The notes beneath the pieces were generated by a model, which ran no database searches, was not told where the DNA came from, and worked only from the letters and a program-made list of their open reading frames with translations. This document shows, piece by piece, positions 1 through 12,405 of a stretch of DNA of 64,000 nt. Numbering within the stretch: position 1 is the first letter of the stretch; the number at the start of each line of letters is the position of its first letter. The stretch lies in contig CM119269.1 in assembly GCA_051294375.1 (NCBI GenBank), forward strand, positions 2,770,026 through 2,834,025, read 5' to 3'. Source of the DNA: Paraspadella gotoi (taxonomy: Eukaryota > Animalia > Chaetognatha). Both the position numbers and the translations under genes were made by a program.

Positions 1-3000
1 GTGGTGGACTTCGAGCAGCCCGAGGATCTCCGCCGCCGCCTCGACCTCCGAATCGGCGGCGCGGAAACGATCGTCAAGGAAGATCGACTCTTGGAGATCT
101 GCAGAGACGTCGCCCGCAGCAGCGTCAAGACAGGAAATCACATGTTCCTTAATCAACTCTATCAAGGTTTCGATCGACAGCGAAATTGTCAAAAATAATT
201 GAATAAAAATAATAAAATAATAAAATAATAAAAATAATAAAAATAACAGCATGAAAAATTCACAAATCCCCCAAGGACTCGACGCCCACGGTCTGGGCGC
301 CGCTCTCTTGACCGAAGCCCTGCACACGAATCAGTTCACCTTCGAGGTGGCGCCGGCGTTGATTCTCATCGAGGAGGTTATGCTGCAAAAGATCCGCCAC
401 CTGGTAGGTTATCCCATCTCTCAAGCGGACGGCGGCGACGGCATCTTCTGTCCCGGAGGATCCATCTCTAATATGTGAGATTTTTTTTTTTTAGGATCCG
501 TTTAATTTTATTTTAATTTTAATTTTCAAACTTTAGTCTTTCAACTTTCTCAAATTTTTTTCGAAGGTACGCCCTTAATTTGGCTCGCTTCAAAAAATTC
601 CCGGATGTGAAGCGAAAAGGAATGAGGGAGTTTCCCAAAATGGTCGTCTTCACATCGCGCCACTCCCACTTTTCTATTAAGGTGACACATTTGAAATCGT
701 TTTACTTATTATCAAATTTGACTCATCCTCCGTCAGTTGCCCATTGAAATTATATAATATAAAGAAATATAAAAGTGAGTGAGTGAGCCAGTAAGAAAAT
801 GCGGGCGTGATTTATCGAATGTAGCATATCGAAAGTAAAATAAGCTTCTAATACTTATCTCCGCTAATGTCGCAGAAAGGCGTGTTATTCATGGGTATGG
901 GCACGGAATCGCTCGTCGTCGTTGACGTCGACTCCCNNNNNNNNNNNNNNNNNNNNNNNNNNNNNNNNNNNNNNNNNNNNNNNNNNNNNNNNNNNNNNNN
1001 NNNNNNNNNNNNNNNNNNNNNNNNNNNNNNNNNNNNNNNNNNNNNNNNNNNNNNNNNNNNNNNNNNNNNNNNNNNNNNNNNNNNNNNNNNNNNNNNNNNN
1101 NNNNNNNNNNNNNNNNNNNNNNNNNNNNNNNNNNNNNNNNNNNNNNNNNNNNNNNNNNNNNNNNNNNNNNNNNNNNNNNNNNNNNNNNNNNNNNNNNNNN
1201 NNNNNNNNNNNNNNNNNNNNNNNNNNNNNNNNNNNNNNNNNNNNNNNNNNNNNNNNNNNNNNNNNNNNNNNNNNNNNNNNNNNNNNNNNNNNNNNNNNNN
1301 NNNNNNNNNNNNNNNNNNNNNNNNNNNNNNNNNNNNNNNNNNNNNNNNNNNNNNNNNNNNNNNNNNNNNNNNNNNNNNNNNNNNNNNNNNNNNNNNNNNN
1401 NNNNNNNNNNNNNNNNNNNNNNNNNNNNNNNNNNNNNNNNNNNNNNNNNTCTGAAGCGCGCCGTCAAGTCATTGCCCAATTCTACCAAAGTCATGAACAA
1501 GGAGCAGCATTTACTTTACAGTATTTTCTGAAGCTAAATGTTAGCCGTCCATCTATTTATCGCGTAATACAGTCTGGAGATACTCTCAAGCACAAAAAAG
1601 GCACAGGGCGGCCAAGAAAATTCACGGCAAGACAGTCGCGCACCATCGTGAAAGGAATGGAAAATAAAGTTGGGTTTTCTACGAGAAACCTGGCAGAAGG
1701 TCCCTACGCCACATTTCACTAGAAAATCGTGACTTTTTTTGGTTCAACTTAATATATTTTGTATTTATATTGACAATAAAATGTTATAAACTTTAACACA
1801 TTCAATCTTTTGTCTCAATAATTATGTGTCAGATGTTATTTTAGAAAGTGAAATTTTTTTTAAAGGACAATATAACTTTTCTCTTCCTCCCTTCTGAAGA
1901 ATTTCGCTAGATCTTCCGCTTCAAATCAGCTTTCATCTCTCTCTCTCTCTCTCTCTCTCTCNNNNNNNNNNNNNNNNNNNNNNNNNNNNNNNNNNNNNNN
2001 NNNNNNNNNNNNNNNNNNNNNNNNNNNNNNNNNNNNNNNNNNNNNNNNNNNNNNNNNNNNNNNNNNNNNNNNNNNNNNNNNNNNNNNNNNNNNNNNNNNN
2101 NNNNNNNNNNNNNNNNNNNNNNNNNNNNNNNNNNNNNNNNNNNNNNNNNNNNNNNNNNNNNNNNNNNNNNNNNNNNNNNNNNNNNNNNNNNNNNNNNNNN
2201 NNNNNNNNNNNNNNNNNNNNNNNNNNNNNNNNNNNNNNNNNNNNNNNNNNNNNNNNNNNNNNNNNNNNNNNNNNNNNNNNNNNCTATTAATTGATATAAA
2301 ATTTAAATCTTCTTTATAAAACAAAGAGTGAAGCGGATGACAGCTTCACCTCGAGTCACTTTACTCCCAATAAATAAATAAATAAATAATTACCCCATTT
2401 TAATTCCTCCTCTTCTGCAACATCCGATCCCCCCCGCAGATCTGGTTGCACGTGGACGCGTGTTGGGGGGGCGGCGCCTTGGTCAGTCGAAATAGGAGGC
2501 ATCTCATGACGGGCGTCGAAAAGTCGGATTCCATCGCTTGGTGCTTCCACAAAATGCTTGGCAGCCCGATGCAGTGCAGTCCTTTCGTCACCAAGCATCA
2601 CGGGTGACAGATTCTTCTCGTGGTTCTGTGCGTAATTCTCGACGGTTTCATTGATCTATTTTTCCAGTCGATCGAGAGCAATATAATCCAATTTGAACGG
2701 TCACAATTATTGCCCACCGTATTCCCCAAACCGATTCACGCAGTCTCTTAGCCGACGCCCACTCCACTTCCGCTTCGTATCTCTACCAACGAGACAAATA
2801 CTACGACGTCTCTTTCGACGTCGGCGACAAATCCATCCAATGCGGTCGCAAACCTGACGCCTTCAAGATGTGGGCCATCTGGAAGGCCAAGGGCGACGAG
2901 GGTGAGCTTCTTGTTTTAAGGGCGCATGGAGGAGAATCTTTTTTCTTCTCTCCATTCCTTTCTTTTCCACCCAATTTTACATAAGATATAATAGCATTCA

Positions 3001-6000
3001 TGGGTTTTATCATGTCCAGTCGTAAGTCCAGAATATCTGTACCGCTGTTAATGACAACCTGCAATTCTGAATTTTTTTTTTTCTCCCCTTTAATGGTATT
3101 AAATAAAAAAAATTAATTTGATGAGAACAATCAGCGTGGAGGATGCACATTGGTAAGCCTTAGTTACCCGACTTCCCCGATCGATTTTTAATACAGGGTC
3201 TTTTTTTTTTCCATCTAATTTTAAGATCGCTTATGAACAGACTAACTGATTGGTAATATTATTTTATTTTTTATTTTTTTTTATTATAATTCTTATTGGA
3301 ATAATACTGAATAAGTTAACCTGTTTCTAAAAAAATTTCTATCATCTTTCACCCTATCATGTCCTTAGGCCTCATTTTTCTATAAACACAAAAAAAGTTT
3401 TGAGCTTGGAATATTTTTGGATATGATGGGAACATAATGAAACTATAAAGGCTTTCAAAAAATTTAAAAAGAATATAATAATATTGAAATGCATGAATTG
3501 TTTTTTTTATGCACGTAGCGAAGCAGCCTAACGTTACGGCATCGCGGGGTCATGTATTTCCCATTGTGTCCATAATTCAGCAATTTGAAGGTCACTCAAT
3601 TATTGCGCCACCGGGTATTCCCCAAACCGATTCACGCAGTCTCTTAGGCCGACGCCCACTCCACTTCTTTCCGCTTCCGTATCTCTACCAACGAGACAAA
3701 TACTACGACGTTTCGCTTCGACGTCGGCGACAAATCCATCCAATGCGGCTCGCAAACCTGACGCCTTCAAGATGTGGGGCATCTGGAAGGCCAACGGGCG
3801 ACGAAGGGTGAGCTTCTTGTTTTAAGGGCGCATTGGAGGAGATTCATCTTTCGGAACTTTGAAAAGCTCAATTAATAATAAATCGTTTACGATATTCTTT
3901 TTTTAATCAAGAAGATTATAAGCAAAGTCTCACGCGGGGGCCAGTTGATTCTATCGTCGCTAAATTAAATGTCGCTATTGAAAGACGCCCTGGACGGACC
4001 ATTTGATTCGCCTGGTTTTCATTTTTAATAAGGTTTGTGGATCAAGCGGAGATCGAGCGCCGCGGTCTTGAAACTCGCAGAATACTTTTCGACGAGCTAG
4101 CTTTCGACGCCTCGAGGGAGGGATTTGCGTTATTCCTGGTCTTTGCACACTCATGTAGATTCTCGTCCGCGAGATAGTGTATGCCACATCGTTCCTTGCT
4201 GTTTAGGTATGTCGGTGTGATATTGAATGATTTTTCGCAAAAATATTATATATAAATAATTCATTTTTTTGTGTATATCAAATCAATGAATCTTGGTTAT
4301 GGCTGGGCAGTTCATTTATGTCGTTGTTGCTTGATTTTTAATCATTTCTCATTCTTACGCGTGATATTTTGTTAAATGAATGAATTTGATGAGCGCGGAG
4401 CTGATGTCACAAAAAAAAAATAAGAAGAAACATAGATAATAGCGGAGAGATGAAATAGATCAAATGTAAATAAAAAAATATAAAGAAGATAAAATGATAT
4501 AGGAGAAGAAAATATTGGACTGTTTAGTATCAAGTTTATGCATCTTTTTTTTTAATATTTTTTTAAAATTGATTATTAAAAGCGTAACGAGTGAAAGAAG
4601 TAGAGATCGTAGAAGAAACGAGAGAAGAGAGAGAAGATGTGAGAAGAGATGAATGGAGAATCTCAATTGGGAGAATAGGGAAACGAACATAGTCACAACG
4701 CTATTTATCACTCGAGGGGAATAGTAGCTTGCTTCTTGGAATAAGTCTGTTAGCCGTCATATTGACGACGCAGACAGAAAGAGAGATAAGCAATGAGAGA
4801 GAAGAGGAGTACGCAGAGTATTGAGGAGAGAAGGAGAGAGGGCAGAGCGAGCTCTATCCCGTTATATGAAAATCCCAGGAAAAATGGTCGTCTTCAATAT
4901 TAGTGATTTACGTGGTATTGACGCCAGTCCAACAGTTCGACTCAAATTCGTTCTTTCGTTCCAGCTGCTGCCAACCTGACTCCTAGTGCCGCGTGGCTCC
5001 CGGACTCGTGTGGCCAGCTGCCCGGTGCTGGCCTGTCCCGCCGGCCCAGGACAGGACGCAGCTCCTGCCGGGCCCTCTCCAATTGGCGCCTAAAACCGGT
5101 TCCCTCCCACTCCTTCCTTTCGCCCTGAAGAAAAAAATTAATATGCTCGTCAACTCTGTCTCCTCGGTTAACCCGATTTTCCTTCTTCCTCGAGTTTCCT
5201 TTCGAATCTTCTTTTTTTCTTAGAATAGATTGTGTTCGTCTAACGTTTTTTTTTAGAAATTTATTGTATTACCTCTAAATGTTTTTCTCGGTCGCGACAG
5301 AGCATAAACTTAACGCAAACGAATTACGATTATACGTCCCTCAATTTTTCATGAAATTTTATTCTTATTTACATTTATTTTCTATTCATTTAATTTAATG
5401 TAATACGTTTTGATGAAAATCAAATCTTAACAATATGAACTAACGACGATTGACAGACATAAGCCTCGTCTCGGCGTCTTTCACATCTCAACATACTTTA
5501 AAAAAGATCGANNNNNNNNNNNNNNNNNNNNNNNNNTATCTGTTATATATTTATAAAATTATAATCGATTCGTTGTCCAGGTACATTCCGAAACGCCTGC
5601 GCGCTAAAGCCCCATCCTCCGTCGCCGCTTCCATAGTCGGTAACGACTTCGCTAACCACAACGGCGCTACCGGCGCCGCCCCTGCTCTCGACGCGGCCGA
5701 CGCCGCCTGGTGGTCGGAAGTGGGAAAGGTGGCGCCGGCGGTGAAAGGTCGACTCGTGAAGAGTGGATCGTTGCTCATCGGATATCAGCCTCTCGACGAA
5801 AAGCCCAACTTCTTTAGGTATTCGACGATGGAGACGTTTCCGATGACGACGCTGAGTGAGCACGACATTGCTCACGACAATGTCGACGACAATAATAAAT
5901 ATTAGAATTAAATAGAAAGGAAGAGAGTTAGTTAAGGCAAGATTGAATAATTTAAACAATCGCAATTAAAATAGCAATAATCCTAGCACCCGTCAAAACA

Positions 6001-6159
6001 TCTGTCAACAGGTTCGTGTTGTCGCGGAGGCCAACCATGACCCGTTGGCACATGGACAAAATCCTTGAGGAGATCCAAAGTTTTGGAGAAGCGGAGAACG
6101 ACGACGACGACGACGACGACAAGGACGAGGCGAGAAAACAGGCGAAAGATTGCGCCTGA
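1..6159 (+). CDS. PLP-dependent group II decarboxylase, cysteine sulfinic acid / aspartate / glutamate decarboxylase family (CSAD/GADL1/GAD-like); 5' end outside the window and at least one exon lost in gaps
   Basis: GT-AG exons with matching phases: <1-166 ([16 protein letters not shown]), 276-474 (NQFTFEVAP...[13 protein letters not shown]), 567-681 (YALNLARF...[11 protein letters not shown]), 876->936 ([19 protein letters not shown], runs into gap), 2440-2603 ([12 protein letters not shown]...[11 protein letters not shown]), 2744-2901 ([34 protein letters not shown]), ~4033-4206 (indel-corrupted), 5581-5817 (YIPKRLR...[18 protein letters not shown]), 6012-6159 (TGA stop). These motifs are diagnostic of the GAD/CSAD subfamily. 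Confidence 0.93.
1450..1722 (+). mobile_element. Tc1/mariner-superfamily transposase N-terminal (HTH) fragment inside a decarboxylase intron
   Basis: Translation ...[54 protein letters not shown] has an HTH, the GRPRK motif and an S-T-R-x-L-A second HTH typical of Tc1/mariner DNA-binding domains. It is truncated, has no DDE domain and abuts an N-gap. Confidence 0.75.
3570..3850 (+). pseudogene. Frameshifted duplicate of decarboxylase exon 2744-2901 with its intron flanks (probably a noisy-read assembly duplicate)
   Basis: Near-identical to ~2680-2945, including the acceptor (ttcacgcag) and donor (ggtgagcttcttgtttt), but with many 1-2 nt insertions. Confidence 0.7.
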
Positions 6160-7378
6160 AACGTGGCAGCGAGCAACGCCTGACTTTGGGGCGGAGAAAA
6201 GGGCGGGCGACTACGGCGTAGGTTTCTGATCACAATTGACAAAGAGAAAAAAAGAAATGAAGAAATTAAAATGATTTTTTTTTTAAATCTAGTTTTGAAT
6301 AAGTTCATGAATTTGCTAGCGTGCCGGTTGTAGCTAAAATATTCACGAGGCGACTGACTTGGCTAAATTTATTGTTAATTCTGCAACAAAGATTGATAAT
6401 TCAAGATCAATCAGTTAATAGTCTTATTTATCTCTAAATGAGTACATTGAGTATTTTTTCCCTATACGTACGTATATAATATGTAGCTTTTTATCAGCCA
6501 TGACCGGCAAAGCCGGTTCAGGCTTATATTCATTCGGTGAGCTTCTTTGTGACGTAGTCGTCGTCGTCGTCGTCGTCCCGTCACGCTGTTTTTCCCATAT
6601 AAAAACTACTACGCTTTTATAGGTTTGGCTGTGATTACCGTTTTTTTTTTAAAAAATAAATTATTATGAATTATGATAAAGTTTTAACAAAAGTGTGCAT
6701 TCATAGTAAGTTAAAAATTTAGATAGTGGCTTCTCATCTTGAAATAGCTTTGATATTTTCTTATTACATTTGGATTTAAGTTTTTTTTTTTGAATTTCCA
6801 CTTCATTATAATTTACTGCAATATGCAAATAAGATTATAGTACTCATTATCATATCCAAATTAGTATATATATGAAATGCTTTAATCTAATTTACATATT
6901 GCAGTATATAATATTGAAGATGAAATTCAAAAAATTTATTTTAAATCTCTAATAAAAATGGGAACTCAAAATAACTTTTTAATGAGAAAGCTATATCTTA
7001 ATTTTAATCAAATAAAAATAAATCTTTTACAAGCTGCGATTGGAAAAAATTGGAAAAATTTCAAATTGTAAACCAATTGTAACATTTTTTTGCCTTTTTT
7101 TATTTATTTTATTCTTTTATTTCAGAAAAAACGAGTTCAGTTTCTGCACTGACTGTACAGCGGCCTTCAAGCAGCTGTCCAGCTTTGTCTCTCTTTTCTC
7201 TCTTTTTCTTTCTTCTCTTTCTGTCTCTTTCTCTCTTTTCGATCTCTTTGCCTGTTCGTTCTTTTTTGGAAAAATTATGATTGTTTTTCTTTCTTTATGT
7301 ATATACTCTCTTTTCGTTGTTTTTGAGGTATTAGAAAAACAGTTTGTTGTGACAGCGATTTATTTGACACAATTTTTA

Positions 7379-7427
7379 GTCAGACATGTTTCGGCTCTTT
7401 CATTTAGAGCCTTCATCAGTGTTTGAC
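7379..7427 (-). ncRNA. Minimal type-I hammerhead ribozyme motif (Penelope-like element type)
   Basis: Minus strand reads gtca-aaca-CTGATGA-a-GGCTC-taaatgaaa-GAGCC-GAAAC-ATGTC|tgac. It has the CUGAUGA core, a 5-bp stem II, GAAA, a palindromic ACAUGU helix III and a GUC cleavage triplet; gtca/tgac can pair as helix I; AATAAA lies about 20 nt downstream. Confidence 0.75.
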
Positions 7428-7713
7428 AATCAATATTTTGTCTCTGTTGAAGTAAGTTTTGAGAGAGAGAAAGAGGGAGAGAGAGAGAGAGAAAAATTGA
7501 GGGAGAATTTCCAAACAAAGAAATAAGGTAAGGGACAGTGGTCAGATTGTGAGGACAGCTGAAGGTGAGGAGAGGGAAGAAGTAAGTCTTTGAAAAATGA
7601 AATGAGAGTGGGAGAGGAGAGAGAGAGAGCAAAGCAAAAACTTACTTCAACAGAGACAAAATATTGATTGTCAAACACTGATGAAGGCTCTAAATGAAAG
7701 AGCCGAAACATGT
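7384..7713. mobile_element. Perfect 77-bp inverted repeat (7384-7460 / 7637-7713) around a purine-rich spacer; Penelope-like pseudo-LTR remnant
   Basis: The arms are exact reverse complements and each carries the hammerhead core; only the minus-strand copy continues into a 3' tail with AATAAA. Confidence 0.65.
7670..7713 (+). ncRNA. Second, inverted hammerhead motif copy, truncated at the cleavage triplet
   Basis: CTGATGA (7678-7684), GGCTC...GAGCC, GAAAC (7705-7709), ATGT; identity to the other copy stops just before the C of GUC. Confidence 0.6.
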
Positions 7714-8645
7714 TTTTTCTTTCTAAAAAACTTTTATTCGGGGCTTTTTTCTCATACAAAATCCCCAAATTTACATCCGAGATTTTCGTGGATACATTTT
7801 TAAAAAAGTGAAGAATAACTTATATTGACATGCATTGTCACATATAAAATCAGCTAATGTGACTTATTATTATGCAGCACTTTCGCCAAACATATGCATT
7901 ACATTTAAAAAAATAAATTTATTTATTTATTATTGTAACTTTGAACGGGTTGGCCCACTATTGGCAAATTATATCTAAAATAGGAGTTGATAAGAGAGAT
8001 ATAGTCAAATTAAACAATTACTTTTTTTGGTTATTCTGATAATTTATACTATTATTATATTATAAATATTTTTAGTGTATATATTTAATACATTTTTATC
8101 TTTTTTTAAATAATAATTATTTGAGTTGTGATAACTATTTATAATTAATTAAATATGCAATATAAAATTTGACCTCGGTCTGGTTTCTTCCTAAAAAAAG
8201 AACAATCAAAATTCATTCAAGATTAAAATTTTTAAAATGAGGAAATAAATTTTTTTTGATAAAGTAAAAAAAATATTTGAAGTCAAAATAATCATAGTCG
8301 TTAACTGAGTATTTTCAACATATAATTTTGTTAATAGGAATTATAATTTTTGATATTATTGTTGAAAAGAGTTTTTAGTTTTTTTTCTTCTGAATAGGGT
8401 AGCCCTCTCAATGGGGTGAATCAAAAATTTAGTATGGGAACATGCTCAATCGAAAATTTATGCTTTTTAAGTTTACTTTCAATGTACAAAAAAGTTCTGA
8501 TAATAGGCTCTTATCCCAAATATTTATTTTGTAATATTTTTTATAGAAAAGGAAAAGAGTTCGTCCCCTAACTCATATTCATCGAAAATGAGTTTCAGCT
8601 CTGCAGCGGCGGTCAGCGGCGGTCCAGCGGCTGTCCACTTCTCTC

Positions 8646-8693
<48 letters not shown>

Positions 8694-8870
8694 TCCTTCT
8701 AAAAACTTTTATTATCGCCATTTATTTCCGCGCTTTTTTCTCAATACAAAATCCCAAATTTACATCCGAGATTTTCGTAGATTTTTTTTCCCTAAAAATT
8801 CTGATTATTTCTTTATATATAACGAGAGAGACCCTAATAATGCGTTTCGTTGGCGGGAAAAACCGTCCAG

Positions 8871-8907
<37 letters not shown>

Positions 8908-9263
8908 ACTCATACACGCATTTGTTTGTTTTTATTTACGATGAATGATTCATCGCGTCAATGAATGACTATCATCGCATCAATGAATGACTATCATCAT
9001 GGCTTGATCTTATGCTTTTAAAGATTTTTTTCCCTTTTTTACTTTTTAAAAGGTTTGATCTTTCGTCAAATAAATTTTATTTTTAATTTTAGAATATATT
9101 TTTTGACAATAATAATGATCACGATTGAGTCAAAATCCGATTTGCGAATCGCGGAGGGAGTCAGTCGCGGCCCTTGAACCGATGAAGGGCGTATGCCGTT
9201 GGATCCTTAAGGGCGACATCTCAATGTCGTAAATTAAGGCCGTAAAGTATTTTGTATACCGTC

Positions 9264-9318
<55 letters not shown>

Positions 9319-10140
9319 GACGGTAGGATTTCTGCAGTTTTGTTTCATTTCATTAAGAAACAAGCGACGAAAAAAGAGTGACGAGTGAACTTATTGGATT
9401 TCCCATAATTTATTTTCTTTGGCCTCGTGTATTTTTATTGTCTTTTCTCCAATTTTTTTTTCCCTTTCTTCCTTTTCTTTTCTTTTCCAATTCTCACTAC
9501 GGGTCGATTCTCTCAATTTTTCTTCGAAGTCCCTCGCGGTTGAGTGAGAAGAGAGAAAAGGGAGACTGTTGAAGGGCGGAGAATATAGAGGAAGATGTTG
9601 GGTTGGGAGGTAGGCGCCGATTGGAGGTCAAACTATGAAAATTAGGGGAAAGTAAAATCGGGCAAGAATGGGGAGAAAATAGGGATTGAGGACTGTCAGA
9701 AAGACTTGAAGAAAAAGGGTTTGTGGGATTTTAAAAGAAAAGAATGAAAGTTATGAGTTGAAAAATGAAAGAGTTCAAATACGTAAGAGGAGAGAGGACC
9801 ATCGTGGGGTCCGTCAAGGGGAACTACAAGTTGTGCGATGAGATTTTACTAATGACACAATGTAATGGAATGCTGAGCCTCTCAGAGAGTTAAATGGGTT
9901 GAGGCGACTTTAGACTGACCCAGATAGGGGTTATATCAGTGATACCGCCATGGGGGTAAACGAGGTTGTGAGGGGTTTGTGAAAAACGAGACAAAAGTTG
10001 GGAAAGAGTTGTATTTGACCTAACGGAGATGTGGACTCAAGCCAATGTTTCTCTCTGAGGCAGGGTCAATTTACAAACGAAAAAAAAAGAAACAGAATAA
10101 ATGAAATTTCCTGTTTTGTGCCTCTGACACAGAGAGAAAA

Positions 10141-10205
<65 letters not shown>

Positions 10206-10683
10206 GAGAGAGAGAAAGCGCAATCTCCACTGCAAGGACAACCGCTGGCCGGAAATGAGTCCCTTTCTCAAAAGTCTCCTCCTTAAACCGTAAAAGGTTA
10301 CTGAGTGAAGCAAGAAGATTGCATAAAGCAAAAATGAAAAGCAAAAGGAAAAGAAAAAGCACTTTTTTTTTCGCTCAGCCGTTCGTGCTTGTGGCTCGAA
10401 TATATCAGATTCATAATTAAACCCGTCTGACGTTTTTGAAACGTGTCTCGCGTTTATTTATTCCAAATTTTTTCCGAAACTTGAGCGTCTGAAAAATTGT
10501 CAAAGTGTCCGTCCGTTGTTGCCAGTCCGTCTGTCCGTCTCAACTATTTCGGTTCAGTTCCCTCTCCCCGCCTTGTCAATGTGACCGAATTATCGAAGAG
10601 TAAAGAGACCTTCGCTCTTCCTTTTTTCTTCCCTTTTCTTTCTCCTCTTCTTTTTCTCTTCTTCTTTCGTTTCTTTCTTTTTC

Positions 10684-10737
<54 letters not shown>

Positions 10738-12358
10738 CTCCTCCTATCTCGTGGCAAAATAAGAGCAACGCCCCAGGGACTCGGGACGACTTATTGAGAG
10801 TAAGAAGCTCAACAAAAACTGATTCGATTCCGAATTTTGTTCCGGAAAATAAAATATAAAAAAAACAATAAAACACGAAAGGAAAAAAAAATAAATAAGA
10901 AAAAGACGACTAGATAAACTATATACGTTTCTGTTTGTTTGATTCGTCGGTAATTTTTAACACTACTTAAACGGAACAACTGAATCAGGTGAGAATTCTC
11001 TGTCTGCCAACTTGGCTTTTCCTTTTTATTCCTATTCTTTCTTTTTTTCGTTTTCTTCTCAAGTTTTTATTTCAAGTGTATTTATTTTTGCGAGTCGGAA
11101 ACTCGCTGGTAATTCGCATCGTAAAATTACAGTGAATGATTTCGTGAAATTTTGCTTCTTCCCTTAAATCTTGTTTATTTTGAAGTGAAATTAATTTTTA
11201 ATCAACTACTAAATATCCTTTACTCCATTGCAAAGTCCGAACTTCTGGAAAATAATTTGATGACCTTTGCCCATTTATTTTGCTTTTGTTTTCTTCTGTT
11301 TTGAAAGCGGTTTCTTTTCTTCGGATTAGTGCCTCCATTTGTAGGCAAATGCTATATACAAATGCTATTAACCAGGTCTCTCTGACTCTATGCCTTCGGG
11401 TCATTGCGGTTTTCTCATTTTCTACTTTAGGTTCTTTTTTTTACATCGTGATTCACATTCACATTCACATTTTGTAAACGCCAAGTTTAAATCGAACAAA
11501 CAAAATCATAAACAACCGCAAACGTCCTCTTTCCCCCTTACCAACGCCCTTACCCGTTACCACTAATCCCCCCCCACCCTTGCACCGTCACCCAATACGC
11601 TTCAAAGATTTCGTGAGCTTTGACCTCGAGGGGGACTCATGAAAGCGACTTCATTCCTTATTTGTCTCGAAAAAGAGTTTCCTTTGTTGAGCTACGCGCG
11701 AAACTAATTCCATTGACTTCGACGTTAACCTTTTGTTTGTTTGAAGAAATGTTTGTAAATAAAAACACTCCCTTTAGACTAGTAAATCTGCAAAGTTTAC
11801 TACGAAAAAAAACAAACTGCTCAATAAGATTTTTGACGTGCTCGTCCTTAATTTATTACCCCGATTTTTATAGTTTGTTTTTTTATTTATTAAGTAAATG
11901 ATACGAATCGCCATGTTAGAAATAAAAAATAAAGAATAAAGTGTGTATGATACTTCTAATTCATTTCCATATAAAACGTTTTGAAAGCTCTTTCAAATAT
12001 TGACACAACTTAGGTCTTAAGCAATATTATTTTTTTACTTTTGCATTGATCGAGCGAAATCGAACTTTCTTTTTCATACATATCTGAATGTATTCTTAAT
12101 TTTTAGCGAATAAATACTTGGTCGAAAAAAACCGGCGAAGTAAGACTGTGCTGCCCCCAAAGCTGAAAACCAATCTGCTTTTAAAATGACGTTCGATCCC
12201 TTTTTTATCGTTATCTGTCAGGATAGTCAATGATTCGACCCCCCCAATTTTAATACTGTTGTCTGATATAACACACAGTTTAGTGATTAGTTATTTTATC
12301 GACGTCGTAATGATAAAATCTATCATAGAAATCGCCGAGGGAGGGATGTAGTATCGGA

Positions 12359-12405
<47 letters not shown>

